Positions 39,477-54,116 of a DNA stretch of 64,000 bases are shown one piece after another. The position numbers and the translations under genes were made by a program. Source of the stretch: Blasia pusilla (lineage: Eukaryota); assembly GCA_050084515.1 (NCBI GenBank), contig CM114271.1, forward strand, positions 31,806,001 through 31,870,000, in the 5' to 3' direction. Under the pieces are notes generated by a model. That model ran no database searches and was not told the origin of the DNA. It saw only the letters and a list, made by a program, of their open reading frames with translations. Position 1 is the first letter of the stretch. The number at the start of each line of letters is the position of its first letter.

Positions 39477-39700
39477 CAAGATTGCAAGTGGACAAAATCC
39501 ATGTCTGCGAACATACTTATGTCCGAGGACTTCCATCCGTCCAATGGAAGGACTTGTCTTTATGGGCCCTTCCTCCCACTTCTTTCTCATCCCACCCGTC
39601 ATTTACCTCCATGTCCTTGGATGTCCACATTTATTTGTCCATTTCCGCCTTGGGGAAGGACTTGTCCATGCTTCCAAGCATATATCCTTGCCCAAATCAA
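39477..39700. mobile_element. Partial second copy of the 36397 MITE-like element
   Basis: CAAGATTGCAAGTGGACAAAATCCATGT...ATGGAAGGACTTGTC...CTTCTTTCTCAT...GGAAGGACTTGTCCAT is shared with 36397-36710. Confidence 0.6.
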
Positions 39701-39963
39701 ATCTTGAATACCACATCACATCAAGAATCAATGGGTTGGAACATATGGCCTAACACAAGATTTTGAGACTTGGAGATGATAAATACAAACTTAATTCAGC
39801 TTTGAGCCAAGATTTAAGAATACCTCGACACCACACTTCAATACCATGATATTGAAAGGTAAGTCCACACTTACTACTGATGAAATGGAAAGAAATGCAT
39901 ATTCCAAGATCCATTGGTGGATTGTAAGTGTCACAAATTGTAACCGGCTAGAAATTAGGTGAC

Positions 39964-39988
39964 ATATATATATATATATATATATATA
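39964..39988. repeat. (AT)n microsatellite
   Basis: Direct reading. Confidence 0.9.
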
Positions 39989-42697
39989 TCTCTTTCTCGG
40001 GTCCCAAGAAACTTGGGTTGGTTTTGCATGATATGTATCTGATTGTGTTTCCCCCTCCATTATTCTTGGGAGTATGCATCTCAATGTCCTAAGTGCACAT
40101 TCCAATTGCCATTCCCAATAAATTCTATCCGTAATTCAAAAGAAAGAGGAAAATCCCCACCACTCCTCACAAACAAAACATGGATCCAAACAAGGGATAC
40201 ATTGGGCACAAAATTTCGTTGTCCCACCAATTTTAGGACATGAAACATGCCCGACATGGAAATAAAAGGAATCATCATATTCTTTACCTATTTGATAATT
40301 GAATCACGATGGTCTGCGTGGAAAGACTATTAACTCAACTTCAAGGTTAACTCAACTCATAAATCTCCAAAGACGACTACTTGCTTAAATACAATAGGGA
40401 AATGATGACAGGTTTGAGAATTATTGCATTGTATCCACGTGAAGTTTCCATGTAGTACAATCTCCCACTGAACCAATCTAACTAAATTGGAGAGGATTGT
40501 GTGATGCTCACTCGAGAAAATCTAATGAGGACTCGTTCTTTGGTGGTTGACAATCAATCACTTTGGCCCAATCCTCATGGTTCAAAGGTATTATAAGCTT
40601 GCATACAGTACACAACAAATTTTCAATCCTAAATGATCAATTTCAGGAACTTCCATAGAATCCAAAAGACGAAAATCTGACAGACACGAGGAAGGCTCAT
40701 TTTGATTCAAATCTAGCTTTAAGGTGAAATTTTTTGCATTCCCTTCTTGTGAGCTACCCTGGAGTCCGAAATGAAAAAACACATGAAAGTTCATATTCCA
40801 CAAAACACACAATTCTGAATTACACAGATGGGACATGGCTTGGTCAATCATATGTCAAACATCATGATTTTGCCTTTCTAAGATAGTATTGGCCTCCAAA
40901 ACAAAGTTTCCATCTCTCCAAACAAATTTTACCATTTTGATCAGTGACTTCAACACTTAGGACCCCTCAAAACAGGTCTGCCAGGTGGATTACGCTCATG
41001 ATAAAATCTGTTATGCTTCATCTATTTTTGATTTCCCAGCATCCATGCTACCACATAGAAAGCCCTGCTTCACAAATCACCAATGATTTCAGTAGTCATT
41101 GTTGTTTCCAAGAATCATAATGTACGAACGAAATGAGTACATTTGTAGATGCAAGTGAGGCGCACCTCTGATCTATTGTTAACAGGAATCTTACAACCTG
41201 AATCTCATTTTCTTCAGTCTGTATCCTATGCCCTTAGTGACAAGTGGATTGTGAACGCGAATAAACTCTGTGGATATACCAATCTCCTCACAACCTTCCA
41301 TTCAAATTTCTTCTTCAACTCTATTACCTGCTCACATATAACTTCACTTGCAACCATCCTTTACCAGATGCAGGTCCCTACACTACCTAATATTACTGTG
41401 CGGATCCAATATTCCAATGATACCGCATGAAACCATTAGCCTTTCCTTTCAACACAGAACCAATCACAGATGGGTATAGCACACAAGATAATACACTGGC
41501 AAGGCCCTTAAATTTACCCAGTTTCATGACTGACTGCTGATGTAGGTACATCCCATTTCTGACTGTGCAGGGATGTCTCGCCATGAAATTTGCATTGCAG
41601 TCCACACCATGCATCAACCTCTCTCGTAAAAGTCCAGACAAGTCATATCCAAAGGGAAAGGAGATCAGCCCACTTCTTCATAGTGAACACATGTGCCCAG
41701 AGGGTTGCTAGTGCTAGAGATTCACATATGCAGTCTTTACGCTGAATATCTGGAACAGATCCCATAAAGTACATGTCTAGTGCGAGAGGCATTAACGCAA
41801 ATATAAATTTCAGAATTATTCACAAAATGATTCATGAGCTGTTTAACACTACTGTACAACTTAGAGCTCCTGTAGGATTCAACATTGTTTTGACTACTTT
41901 TGTGCCTATTTTCTTTCATATACCATAACCAATTCACTTGATCTACTCTCTTGACTACTGATGAAAAACATAGATAGCTCAGGTACATACCTTTTGATGA
42001 AAGAATTCAATGTGCATTAAAGGAACTTCCCAGTTCCACCCCTGAAGTTATTACATTACCGGTTTATGACTGATGAGAAACACCATGATGCAGGGTGCTG
42101 TTTTGTGTAGTCTCTGGCAGCTGCTGTTCATGACCATCAGACTTCCCAGCAGTCATTAAAACTGTGAGTCCACTAACTACAAATGTTGCTACACATATCT
42201 CCACTTCAAGAGGTCATTTAAGCTTGTGCAAGCTTTGCTCAACTTTCTCCATGGGATTAACCCATTCTATTGGGTGCACTGGCCACCCATAATATCTTGC
42301 TTGATCTGATTTCTTTTTCCATCTCGGGGTCTCAGATGTGCATCCACGCTGACTCTAACCATAATCTACCTTTTCTAGGATCAAAGATGCCCATGAGGAG
42401 GAGGATAACCTGGCAGAAGTAAAATATTTCGTACACAGGTATCGTTCTCTTACTTGCTTGCTTGACTTACTTTCAGTGCAACCATCATTTGATGTTACAG
42501 AGACCTAATTAATTCAATGGTCACACAATTGCACTCGGTTCACACCTGAACTCTTGGCTGGAATGAGATTGTCCCCAACAACAGTCAACAAGTGTAAACA
42601 TTTGCTTGCCAACAAACTGCCACAATGCAACTCCCAAATCCATTTACTATGTCGTCCCTGAGATTATGAGTATTTTAATTCAGAAGATTGACTGTTA

Positions 42698-45600
42698 TCA
42701 ATTAACCAACCCTGCAAAATGATCCTTTTGGACATAAAGGAAAACTTGTTTATTTTTTCCTGCAGTGGCAAGCACTTCTGATGCAGGACTAATCGCCAGA
42801 CTCACGATTGAAGATCCTGTCAGCCAACAATTCAAATGTCAACTAATATATATATATATATATATATAACTAGGTCACAGTGACCTTCCTTATCTTTAGA
42901 GAAAATAGCTGTTGGACCTCTAGCTGACAGCGTGCCCATATTTAATAAAATTCTTTCTAAGTTCTGATGACCCAAAGGAGTACCTAGTTCATCAAGTATT
43001 GCACATCAAGTAGAGATGTCACCTTGAAGTTCATGGAGTGTTGAAATCTTGATTCCACTCTGAACATCCCATAGATGCACGAGACCATCAGAACTCCCCA
43101 TGACACCACAGCAACCCATTGACAAGAGAGCTGAAGGTCTGCGAGACATCCATAAGTCTAATATAAGCACGTTTTGCTTCCTTGACTAGTGAAGCTGGGA
43201 AAAAATCTCATCTTAACTGATTGGAAAGGAGATTAATATCATATCCAAACTTGAGGTGTCTGGATACTGAAGAAAGATAGCACAAGTCTGCAAAGCAGCA
43301 TCATAGGAACAGATGGACATCAGGGATATCTGTTAATAAGTAGAAAGTACATATTGTGCCTTCTTTTATTAAGACTATGAACATGACTTGAAATTTATCT
43401 CCTTCAATTCAAAGACATGCCCATTCCCAGTGCTTGAGAGTACTTCAGAAACCTCTTTTTTGGGATTTTTAACAATGTTCACGAAGCACTCACCTATGAG
43501 GCAGTGCCGGCCCACAAAGAATTTTACCACCTGCTTTCAGTAACACTATCTTGCAATCCCATTGTCTGCCAACATCATCTCCCAGTAATTTTGGTTCATC
43601 TTTCTTCCTGTTGTCTCCAGGCAACTGCCTCGCACCGCTGGCCACCATGGTCAACATACAGACAGTGGCAGAACCAGAAATAAACTCTTCCGCACCAAAT
43701 TCTGCGTGTTCTTTTGAAATCCCTCCAAATCCAGAGTCTCCTGGTGATTCAAGTTTTTCCAGCTTGGTAGAAGGCAGATCCACTAAACTACCTTTCAACA
43801 GAATGTGGTCATGCAAATGAGAAGACCAGAGCAGTGTTCGTCTGATGCTATCCCTGGCCAGAGTAAGATGACAAAACACAAATAATTGTCATTATCTCTT
43901 GCGAGCTGGTTCTTCAACTGCAAATCTGATCCAGAGACTCTACTATCCCCTCCATTGCACCTTCCACATATCACATGACTTACCATACAGCAAAGAAGCC
44001 ATCAGGGGCACATCCCACAACCATATGTGGCAAGCATGGCACAATTGAAAGATTTGTGACTGATGTAAAAGGAACTCCATTAATAGCTGCTGGCGGTAGA
44101 GAGCATCGTTCCTTCAAAGTCCTGCATCCAATCCACAGGAAATCATTCAGATCCAGAAAGCAGTCTCACTGCATTAGTTTAGCCTCTAACACTGTAAGAC
44201 TACCATCACGTCATCCTTAGAAGCATTTCATACCTCCAACTAGAATCCATATTCCAGCAGTTAATGCAGCCCCTATCTCCAGCAGCAATTAACTGTTGTG
44301 GTCCCACCACAGCAAGACATCGCATTGGCCCATCACTCTGCAAATGCTCAGAAACTTGGAGGTCTTTCTCAAAAGAGACAACCTTGATTCCACCACCATC
44401 GTAGCCGTTGATCTTCATCTTGCTGAATGACATCAGCAGAACAATACACTGGATTGTTGGTAAGGCACAGTAAGCATGACACCTCATATATGAATATATG
44501 TAGACTGATTCCATTGGTAGAAGAAAACAAGATACTGGGCTTCCATCCATCAAAACACTCAAATTGGAATAAAACAGGGCACAAACATGGAGAAGTCCAA
44601 CTTAAGAGGAGAATCCAATGGTAATCCATGGTATTTATGATTTGGCCCTAAGACATCATTTCATTTGCAGGAAAGTTTGCCTTCTAAAATTAAAGCACAT
44701 GACAATGAAACAGACTTTGATTCAACTACCAGACACTGGCCTGATAATGAACTCTGATTTTGACAAGCATATCATAACACCTACCACGAGTTGTGCAACT
44801 TAAAACAGTCCAGAAGAATAAGCTGTTGTCCATCTGGTGTGAAGCCCACCCCTGATTCTTCAATCGGGAACTGTCAACATGGACCAGCAGAGCCATTGAA
44901 TAACTAAAAATCATCTTTATTTCCAATTCATCAAACTTGCCACAAATCAAGCTATATCAGCACAGCACAGAACTACCAGCTAGAAAGACAATTATAGGAC
45001 CAGATTCATTGGAACTGCTAGAAAGATACAACTTGGCCCCGGATGTTGATTTCACTGTGTAAGGAGTCCGGTGAGCTCAATGGAAGGATGCCCACTGAGG
45101 GAGGAGAAATCAGTGTGTGAGGCCAAGAGGAAAGCCGATAAGTCCAACAAGTCCTTACATCATGTTCCCTTCTCTTCACTGCTAAGCCTGTACGGAAAGT
45201 CAATTTATAATATCCTGTATGTGGGCCACTGCGTCAATCTTCTGTCACAACCTTACCAGCAAAATGAAAAACTGGAGATAAACCTTACCTTCATCTTAAC
45301 TGCTATATCTGCAGAGTCCTCAAAAGTAGTCTCCACGACCCCCAAGAGAATAGGATTTTGTAGCTTGGCATTTTCCTTGCAAAGCATCTGATATATGAAG
45401 AAAGTTCTCTCCGTTGCATCAACACCACAACATACACATAGTCGAATGTCATTACCTCGGACATTAAGCACCATACCCAAGACAGGCAGTTCCTGCTCAA
45501 TACAGATTGCTGTCTCCAGTTCCTGTAATTTTTTGAACTGCTTTTCAGATGTTAAATGGCTGTCATGCCCTGGAAAAACTGTCGGATTTGGACAAACTGT

Positions 45601-48600
45601 GCCTTCCAGATAGCTGTCCTTAATCTGCTCTTGGGCTTCTGCCATTGTGCAGGATTCTTCAGGGTGGTCAGAAGCATCAACTTTAAGGGCAGGACCATGA
45701 TGGGCGTCTGGCAGATGAACTTGTGCATCTTTGGAACAACTTGGAACCTCTTCACTTCCCTGTTTCCCTGATGGCCTTAGAAGTGCCCTCTCATTCTTGC
45801 CCTCGGGTTTATACATCTGGAAGTCCAAGCAGAGTCCTTTCTTGCTTCCTTCCAGCACATCACAGTTTGGTCTATTGTAGTGATCCTCATCCACCAATGA
45901 ATCTTCTTTACTTCCATTGGAATCAGCTTTTTGACAGTCTCTATCCCCTTGGATGTCATCTTTTTGCACATCAAAGGGAGGTCCAACATAGCGGGTGTCA
46001 TCTACCCTTGAGGCTTCTGCACTTCCATTGGAATCAGCTTTCAGACAGTCTCTATCTCGAATTTCACTATTGATATCTGCACAGTCATGATTTAGGTGGA
46101 TAGTGGGAACAGCACTATCAGAATTCCCATCTTCTGTTGAATTCCTCTCGTTCTTCCCAAGATTACAATCCAGACTCATCGCCTTCACCGCAACATTGTC
46201 ATTTGAATGGACTCCAAAGGTAACTGAAGAACCTGACATGTCCTCCTCTAAGTGCACATCAAACTCCTGAACCACATTATCTCTGTCTATACTCATCGTC
46301 GCCATGCTTGCATCATCCTGGCAAGGAGACTCAGTATCTGCACAATCGCCTCTACAGAACACTGCAGGTTGAGAACTCTCAGGATCTTCTGCACATTTTG
46401 GCAAGACCCCAGAATGGACAACTTGATGACAAAAACTTTGGTCTCCACAGCCTTCACCCTCCACAACCTGGGAAGTCTCTCGGTTTCCTGGAGACACCTG
46501 ATCACAATTTCCCAAGCCATGGACGTGGACACCTTCAGCAGACATGTACAAATCACCACCTAGACTTGCTGTGCCATGGCTGTTCATGAGGTTCTTTGGT
46601 ATTTTACCTTCATCAGGCGTTGGGGATTGATTCTGGGGAGGTCCACAATCTTCAGAGAGAACCTGTAAAACCTCCATCACTTCTGAACCTATCTTTGGCC
46701 GGAAGGCTTCTCCTGGTTCATCAAGTGATCCATTGGTTGTCTTTAATCCAGGAACATCCATTGTCTTGTGGGCAGATTGTCCGACAATCTTTAGTGTTCC
46801 TGGCATATCACTTCTGCACATTTTCCCGTCATCCACATCGACATTCCCTGGTATTTCGGAAACTTGGCTGGAGGCCATCACAAACTTCTCCTTAGAAGAA
46901 TTAGACAGGACTCCAGTCTTCTGGAGTTTCCCAGTCCCACCTGATAGACAGACGTTGTTATCCATGCCAGATGAAATGGATTTCTCATCCGTCACTCTCA
47001 TGGCCAAAAGAGGAACAGCTTGAGGAAGTAGCAACGTCATCATTGACTTCGTGAGCTCTCGCCGACTTGGATCAGACTCACCACTTTGGCGCTGATCATC
47101 TGCTGATTCACTGTGGTGACCTTGATTGAGGACATTGCAATGCAATTCACATGGCACAACAGTTTGATTTTGATTCTTGGAAGGTCCACTGTTTTGGACA
47201 TCACTGCGGACACTGCAAAGCGATGTATTTGGCACATCAATTTGATTCTCCATCACTAGCAGTGCACTCAACTGAACTAAGTGACTGGGAACATCATATG
47301 GTAATTTGTTTGTCACTCTGGTTGTGTCAGATTTGGTGGGTTGAGAATCATCTATTCCACTCTTTAGAACACCACTGTGGATACTGCAAAGCGATGTATT
47401 TGGCACATCAATTTGATTGTCCATCACAGGCAGTGCACTAAACTGAACTAAGTGACTGGGAACATCATATGGTAATTTGTTTGTCACTCTGGTTGTGTCA
47501 GATTTGGTGGGTTGAGAATCATCTATTCCATAATCCTCAACTGGAGCAGCACAACCATTGAGTGTACATGGCCTAACAACCTGACCCTCAAAGTTTGGAT
47601 TGTCTTCAGTTTCGGCTACTTCACACTCATCAGGTAGAATTTGCTGCTCAACTTGAGAGACCTCTATGGTATCACTAGATTGACAAGTGCGATCATGCAA
47701 CACATGTCCCTCTCCTGATGGCGGCTGTATATCTGCTATCATGCAATGCTTAACCGAATCTCCTTGACCTACCACTTGTACCGATGCAGTTGCTTCAGCT
47801 TCTGTGCAGCTCAATGGGTCAATCTTGGCTTGGAAGACTGGAGGGCTTTGTTTTTCCATTTCTTGAGGACCCACCATCAACCTGACTTGCTCTTTTGTAG
47901 AGGTTGTGGGAACAAGTTGGTAAGTTCCACAAATATTTTTCAGGCTTGTGAGCTTTTCAGCTCTGTTATCACAAATGTAAGCACGGGTCTGGGTTACTGG
48001 GTCCTCAGGTAGGGTATCTGCCAGTAGATCCACCTGATGGCCCGGACTTAACACAGTTGCTACGCCATATTGATTGGTACTCCCAAAAGTGAAGTCCAGA
48101 GTACACACTGCTTCTTTCTCTCCTGCCATAATCACAGAACAGACCTCCTTGTTGAAATCTTGGAGAACCTTTTCTGAAACTTTGGAATCAAAGCCTTCCT
48201 CAGGACGCTGATTCAAGAAGGTCTCGTTCGAAGTCTGTAAGGAGTTTCTTGGAGGCCCTCTAAGCTGACACTTAACCATGGAGTTCATTTCAGGCCCACC
48301 TATGGGTATTGTGGGTAGGTCCACCTGATTACTAGGAGCCACTACATTGGACATAGCATCCTGGTCAGAACTCTCAGAAATTTTCTCTGCTCCACATTCG
48401 ATATCTTTTAATGCCATAACTGCTGACACTTTCATTGTCTCGAAGCCAGAAGTGAGTTCACAAGTAGTCACTCCTAGAGGAACTGAATCTGATTGAAGCA
48501 ACTTGCTCATAGTTTCCCCACTATCTGAGCAGGAACCCTCAAACCGAGAGGCACCAGAAAGGAGATCAGAGATAGTGTCCCCAGGTTGACCCACCTGAAA

Positions 48601-51600
48601 ACTAGTATTCAAACCCGTCACCACACCATTTTGGTTAATCCCTCCAGAGGTGAGCACCATTTCATGCTCATTTTCTTTCACTACACTAGATTCTGTTGCA
48701 GATGAGACTTCTACAGACAAAACTTGAGAAGAAGAGATCTCCTCCATGACAATTATAGGAACGTTCACCTTGCTTATCAATACACCACCTGTAGAATTCG
48801 CAACAGAATCAAAATGGTTTCCAGTGTTTCTTTCATCATCTTGACTACCTATGGTGGGGTGGTTGTTAAAAAGTAAACCTCCCTGCTCTACAGCTTTAGA
48901 AACAGTTAACTTCTTGGAGCCATTAGGTTGCTTGATGAATGTACCTCTTAGCTCAGATTCCAAATTTTCTTGGTCAGAGTGAGCATCATCACAAGATGAG
49001 ATAGGATTTAATATTTCTTGTAACATGGCTGCATTTTGGAAATGAGGCACATCAGTCGTTTTCTCCTTTGAATCAGAAGTTTCACTGGATGATATAGCTG
49101 GCTCCACAAGCCGGATACCAGTCTTACTTTGTGTTTCAGGTCTCACAGTCTCAACTGGTTCATCCTCAACCACAAAGAGACGCTTCTCAGCAGATGCTTG
49201 GTCAATGGCATTCTTTTCAGGCACAACTGTAATCCCTTCCATGTATGTTGAAGGCGAACAATCCAGTGATGAGGCTCCAATAAGCCATTCTTGTGACTCC
49301 GATTTCCTATTACTTCTTCCGGCTTTCGGAGCAGGATTTTCACTTCCTGGGTTTTGTACAGAATCCATCACCTCCAGCACTGTACACTCACCACCGCTGT
49401 GCTGCTTTGCCGTGGAATCATCATCCTTTCTGATTTCAAGTGACCTGAATTCGCCTGTAACTGTTGCAGTGCACAAAGACTCCTGGTTGTTACACATGGC
49501 GCCATGAGAACCCCACTTCAAAGTCTCTCCAATATCAGGTCCCACCAATGGAACCTCAAACTGGTCATTCTTTTGGCGTGTCATGGAAGATCCAGTAACT
49601 GATAGATCATGCATGTGTTCAGCTGGATCATTGCAACTTCCTGTTGCCTTTAGATCAGGACATGGAGAGCACCCAGCTTGAAGCACAGCCACTGTGTTTG
49701 AAGAACAAAACCTTTTGGCTGCTTCATACTCTTCATTTGATGGCTGAGTCGAGTTGCTGAAGGTGTGACAGAGTACGTCAGCTGACGCCAACCTCAAGCT
49801 ACAGTCTGTACCAGAGGATACTCTTTTTCTCTTAACATCAGTAGTTTCAATCTTTTCCCTGGAACAACTTTTCTGATTTCCAGAAAAGCTGTCCCCTGCC
49901 AACTTGCAAGCCTCTAGTAACATGAAAACACCATCTTGCCTGGAAGATGAGGTAGTATCCTCTTGCAAAGGTGAAAGTGATAAAGCACAAGGGTTTTCAA
50001 GTCCAATAAGAGTGCCAGGGCACTGGTTGCTCAAATCGTCAGCACTGGGACACATTAGGTCAATTGACAAAACACCTTCACTCTGTGTGAGGTCCACATT
50101 GGTTCCATACTGCTCATACTTCACAATATCAAGACTCTTCCCAAGTTTTGCAAGCTTAAGTTTTCGTCTCTTGCCACTAAGATTGTTAGGTGATCCTTCA
50201 TCTACGCTAGGTGGATTCTGCAAGCAGAAACAAAGAAAAAAATTTGTCAGTCTACTGATATGGCTAGTACACTGAAATGTGTGACTAAAACTTCTGAATA
50301 ACCAGTATTGGAATTGTAGCCCTACCCACAAAGCCTGCCGGTAGATCTTGAGGACTTGTGTTAAAAAATGCACAGTACACTACAATCTAAGAGACGTAAG
50401 TTGTTTACTTGTCAAAACAGATGCATGATTGGGTTACAGCTTTTCATAAAGAGAACACATGGATCAAAACATTATCAGCAAATGAGTCCCCCCAATGGCT
50501 CAAGTTCAAGTTCAGCCTTTACTTACAGAGCAGTCAATTGCTTCAAGAGAACTCCTATCCACAGTACATGCTCTTCTTTCCAGGCCTCTGGCAGATCCAC
50601 AAGGGGATTCTTGCATCGTATTGCCAATAGGAAACTTCCAATTATACTCACATTCTGCATCTGTATTTCTCAATGGCAATAACATGTTGAGTACTGACCC
50701 CTTCCGGCTTTGTTCCACAGGATTTTCCTCTCTCTCCATCCACTTCATTTCAAAAGGGGGAGAGTAAGCTCTCATCAGATTTCCCAATTCAGAGTCTATT
50801 GGACTGGTGGTCAGACCAGCACTTTCCAGCTCAAGGCCTTCATGAGGAAGGTGACTTCCTTTTGACCTACATGACCTGGGTCTCTTGCTCTGCCTACTAT
50901 GCCGTGACACCTCTTCACCCTCAAAGGATACAGGTGCCATGTTTGGTACTCCACCTTTCTGAGTGGAACAAATTTGTGTTTGCTTCTCTGCTGTCATACC
51001 CACATCATGCAGAACCTGGAGCTTCTCTGGGTTTTCTTTGGATTGTGGTTTGAACTTCTGAGTACGAGGTTCTGCCATCTCATGCTTTTTCTGGCCTGCC
51101 TCATCCAAGTTTTTATCCAGGGTCCCAGCTGGAAATCTTTTCACATCATTTCGTGGTTTGTGAACACCCTGCTCTACATGCTTACTACTAGTTGATGCAA
51201 TCGATTTCTTTGCTCTTTTTACTTTTGGCTGAGGCTTTCCACTTGACTCTGCCAAAGCACCAACACTTCTAGACTCCAATTCATCACCATCTGCATGGTT
51301 TTCTTTCGTCTTTGCGCTCAACATGAGTTGACTGTTTTCTGCAACACCACTTGCAGATACAACAAGGTCCCTACAAAGGCGCTGAACCAAGGGATGTGTG
51401 AAACCAAACATCTGCGAAGAGCAACCAAGTTCAACCATGAGTGAAAATCACAACTAGCTGGTCAAAGCCCACTCACTCTTAAAAACATGCCTGGAATCAG
51501 GTTGCTGCAGCACTTCACATTACTGTTAAGTATGCTAGTTACTATTCTTGAAACTGTGCTAAGCCACAGAGATGGAAGAAAGTAATACAAACCGGACATC

Positions 51601-54116
51601 CAAGCACACATGATCAAGATATTCATCTGACCACCATCTGACCACCGAAAGTGGCACCATAAACTCTGTGGTTGAGGTCTCTCTCTGGGACAACAAAAGA
51701 TGAATAGAATAATCTTGACTAAGACAGATTAGAGGTATTCCTCTCAGCATCCACATTTTGCTCAAAAAGCAATCAACACTCACATCAAAATATCAGACCA
51801 TCCAATCATCATCATTCTGCTGACAGCAGATGAACAACTAATCCCTGCTTCCCTTCAATTGGTCTACTACTGAGGCAAAAAGCAGGACCATTAAAAAGGT
51901 AAGAAAGAACTTCGGTCTGAAGGGAGACCAAGCCAAGGGACAGTTAGAAAATGTCCAAGGGAGCAAGAACCAGCAAGGCCACGCCAGTGATCAACTACCT
52001 AACCAACCTTAGGGCCACCTGAATTAGTCCTCAGAGATACTCAGCTTCATGCAGTGGTTTAGGGCTTGGAGATGGTCTTTCTGGACCTGATCAGAGGACT
52101 ACCTGCACTAGGACAACAGCAATGTCTGCCATACCCTCATTATCACTAGCTCGACTATTTGATCAGACGTACCTCAGGGCCATCAATGCTGGTGCATGAA
52201 CTTCTTACTAGAACCCTTTTGGCCCCAGCATGCTTTTTCTTTAAGATGTCCTCCCAAGCCACCGACGGAGTCTGGCCCGAGCATGCAATTCCCTCCTCAC
52301 AAGTAACCTATAAAAATAGGTGGACACAGCACAATCAATACCTGAAGTTAGCATTTGTTAGCAAAGAACCAACTATCCCATGTATAATCAAGTCAATTCA
52401 TCGACTCATAACTGCCTGCGATGAGTTGATGCATCGTGTATTCCTTGCCAAGTTGATGAGCCTCTCTCGAAATTAATGAATGAAATTTTATTTGCTTGCG
52501 ATATTTTCCTGAAAATGAAGGTACAGCTTGTTTAAAAAGATGAGTTCATCAGATGAACAATAACCACAACTACCAATTGACAATGTCCTGGCTCTGAAAA
52601 TGAGCTTTCATTGCAAAATAAGTGGCAAAAGGTAATCATGAACCGTTTGTACTGGCATGCTATGTTAGGATTTCACATAAAATTGTCTGCTGTTTTCTTC
52701 CAGTTTTTTAACTATGGTTACTTCTGCAAACTATGGTTGGAGGTTTATCATAGTTACAAGTCTCAGTTAGTTTACTGGTTACCTCTTTAACTATTCTTGT
52801 GAGTTTTGGTTATGTTTAATTGTGCACATGGTGTGCTGGCCTGTTGTGCTGTCCTGCTCATAATGTGCTGGCCTATTCCTGGTGTGCTGGCCCTTCCACC
52901 TTGCCTTACCATGCAGTGGTCCTTTCTGCTGGTCTCTTGTAGGAATCTATTTAACTCCCCCTCTCTTCCCTTCTTCTTTGATTCACTTCTACTCCTGCCC
53001 TCTAAGGCTGTGGGTTTTGACATTAGCTCCTACATACCTGAACCTCTGCTGGTGCCTTGATCAACTAAGAAGGAATGTGCATTGGTGTGGAGAATGCTCC
53101 AAGAACCAATCTAGCACAAACTCCTGCATCTTGGTTTCAACCACCTCTCTTCAGGACTTGTGTATTCTAATAAGGTGTTGTTTTTCAAGCACCCAGTTCT
53201 CAATACAAGTTGTAGATCAGTTCTACATGCAATACATTTCAGATTTGCTCTTTTCAGGTTTGTAAGTGATTACCCTCATGTACATGGTTCAGTGGAAGAT
53301 CCTGTCGGGATCTACTATCTTTCTATCCTTTTAAAAGTTTTAAAAGAAGATCTGAGAGGAAGTAGAATTCTGATTTCAACATGCTAATCCCTGGTCTAAC
53401 AAAGGATTAAGGAAACGGTACCAAACAGTCGGCCCAGTTGCCATACCAAGGCACATTACCAGACATGTTCACTTCAGACATGATTACTCTCCTGATTCAG
53501 ATTTCCTGCCTTCAGTCCGTACAAGCCCCCAAGTTCAACTCAGCAAAATCTACTGTAAAAACGAGTTGTACAGCTTTACTAGAGCCTTGTATTTGAGGAC
53601 CTTACCACAAATGACGGTCCTCTGGGACCTTCAGAGACTTCCATAAAATAGCTGTGCCCACCATGCCATCGGGTCGCTTGATATCCAACTGGGTACGGGT
53701 ACTTCTCTTTTCCCTAAGGGACACCATTTAGACACTTAGATGTATACTGACCCAAATTATACACCAAAATGCAAGCAAAGAAAGAAGCTATCACAATAAA
53801 TCTGCATTCTAGACATCAATCTGTCACTCCTCAAAACTATGCCAAATAGTGCCTTTCGGAAATTTGGAACAACAAAATGGTGATGAGGAGATACAACCCT
53901 GATAATTGACAATGGATAAACCAATCACTGTCCAAGGAGGCACTTCACATCTAGGTGCTCCTTTTGAAGGGAAACAAACTGACTCGTTATACAGCCACTG
54001 CACTTAGAAGTACATACCCGGGAGCTGCTCCAGTACTTCTTTTCTAACAGTCCTTTGTAAAGGATCCCGATAGAGGTGATTTCCAACCCGTCAGGGTGCT
54101 TAACAGTTGATCCCAT
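42698..54116 (-). CDS. FYRN/FYRC-domain protein with a long disordered middle and a C-terminal WD40-type propeller (resembles Arabidopsis At1g26330), ~2387 aa; exons 54116-54018, 53713-53606, 52307-52173, 51411-50527, 50217-45289, 44870-44785, 44422-44234, 44121-43984, 43853-43494, 43138-43023, 42816-42698
   Basis: All ten GT-AG introns are phase-compatible (7164 nt). N-terminus: LEITSIGIL...YPYPVGYQATR...GPRGPSFVV...GQTPSVAW...DGPEMFGFTHPLVQRL (FYR). C-terminus: FTPDGQQLILL, GFFAVWD, GSSDGLVHLWDVQSG. The At1g26330 likeness is from memory, not a search. Upstream exons and the final exon end are less certain. Confidence 0.85.
42846..42867. repeat. (AT)n microsatellite in the last coding intron
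   Basis: Direct reading. Confidence 0.9.
45840..46060 (-). repeat. 111-bp (37-aa) in-frame tandem duplication
   Basis: ACTTCCATTGGAATCAGCTTT at 45910 and 46021; DRDCxKADSNGS occurs twice. Confidence 0.85.
47189..47530 (-). repeat. 171-bp (57-aa) in-frame tandem duplication
   Basis: GIDDSQPTKSDTTRVTNKLPYDVPSHLVQ... occurs twice, nearly identical at the DNA level. Confidence 0.95.

Noticed and set aside
45253-50373. 1706-aa ORF as a stand-alone gene
   Set aside because: It is exon 5 of the FYR-WD40 gene; both ORF ends run into intron sequence past clear splice sites.
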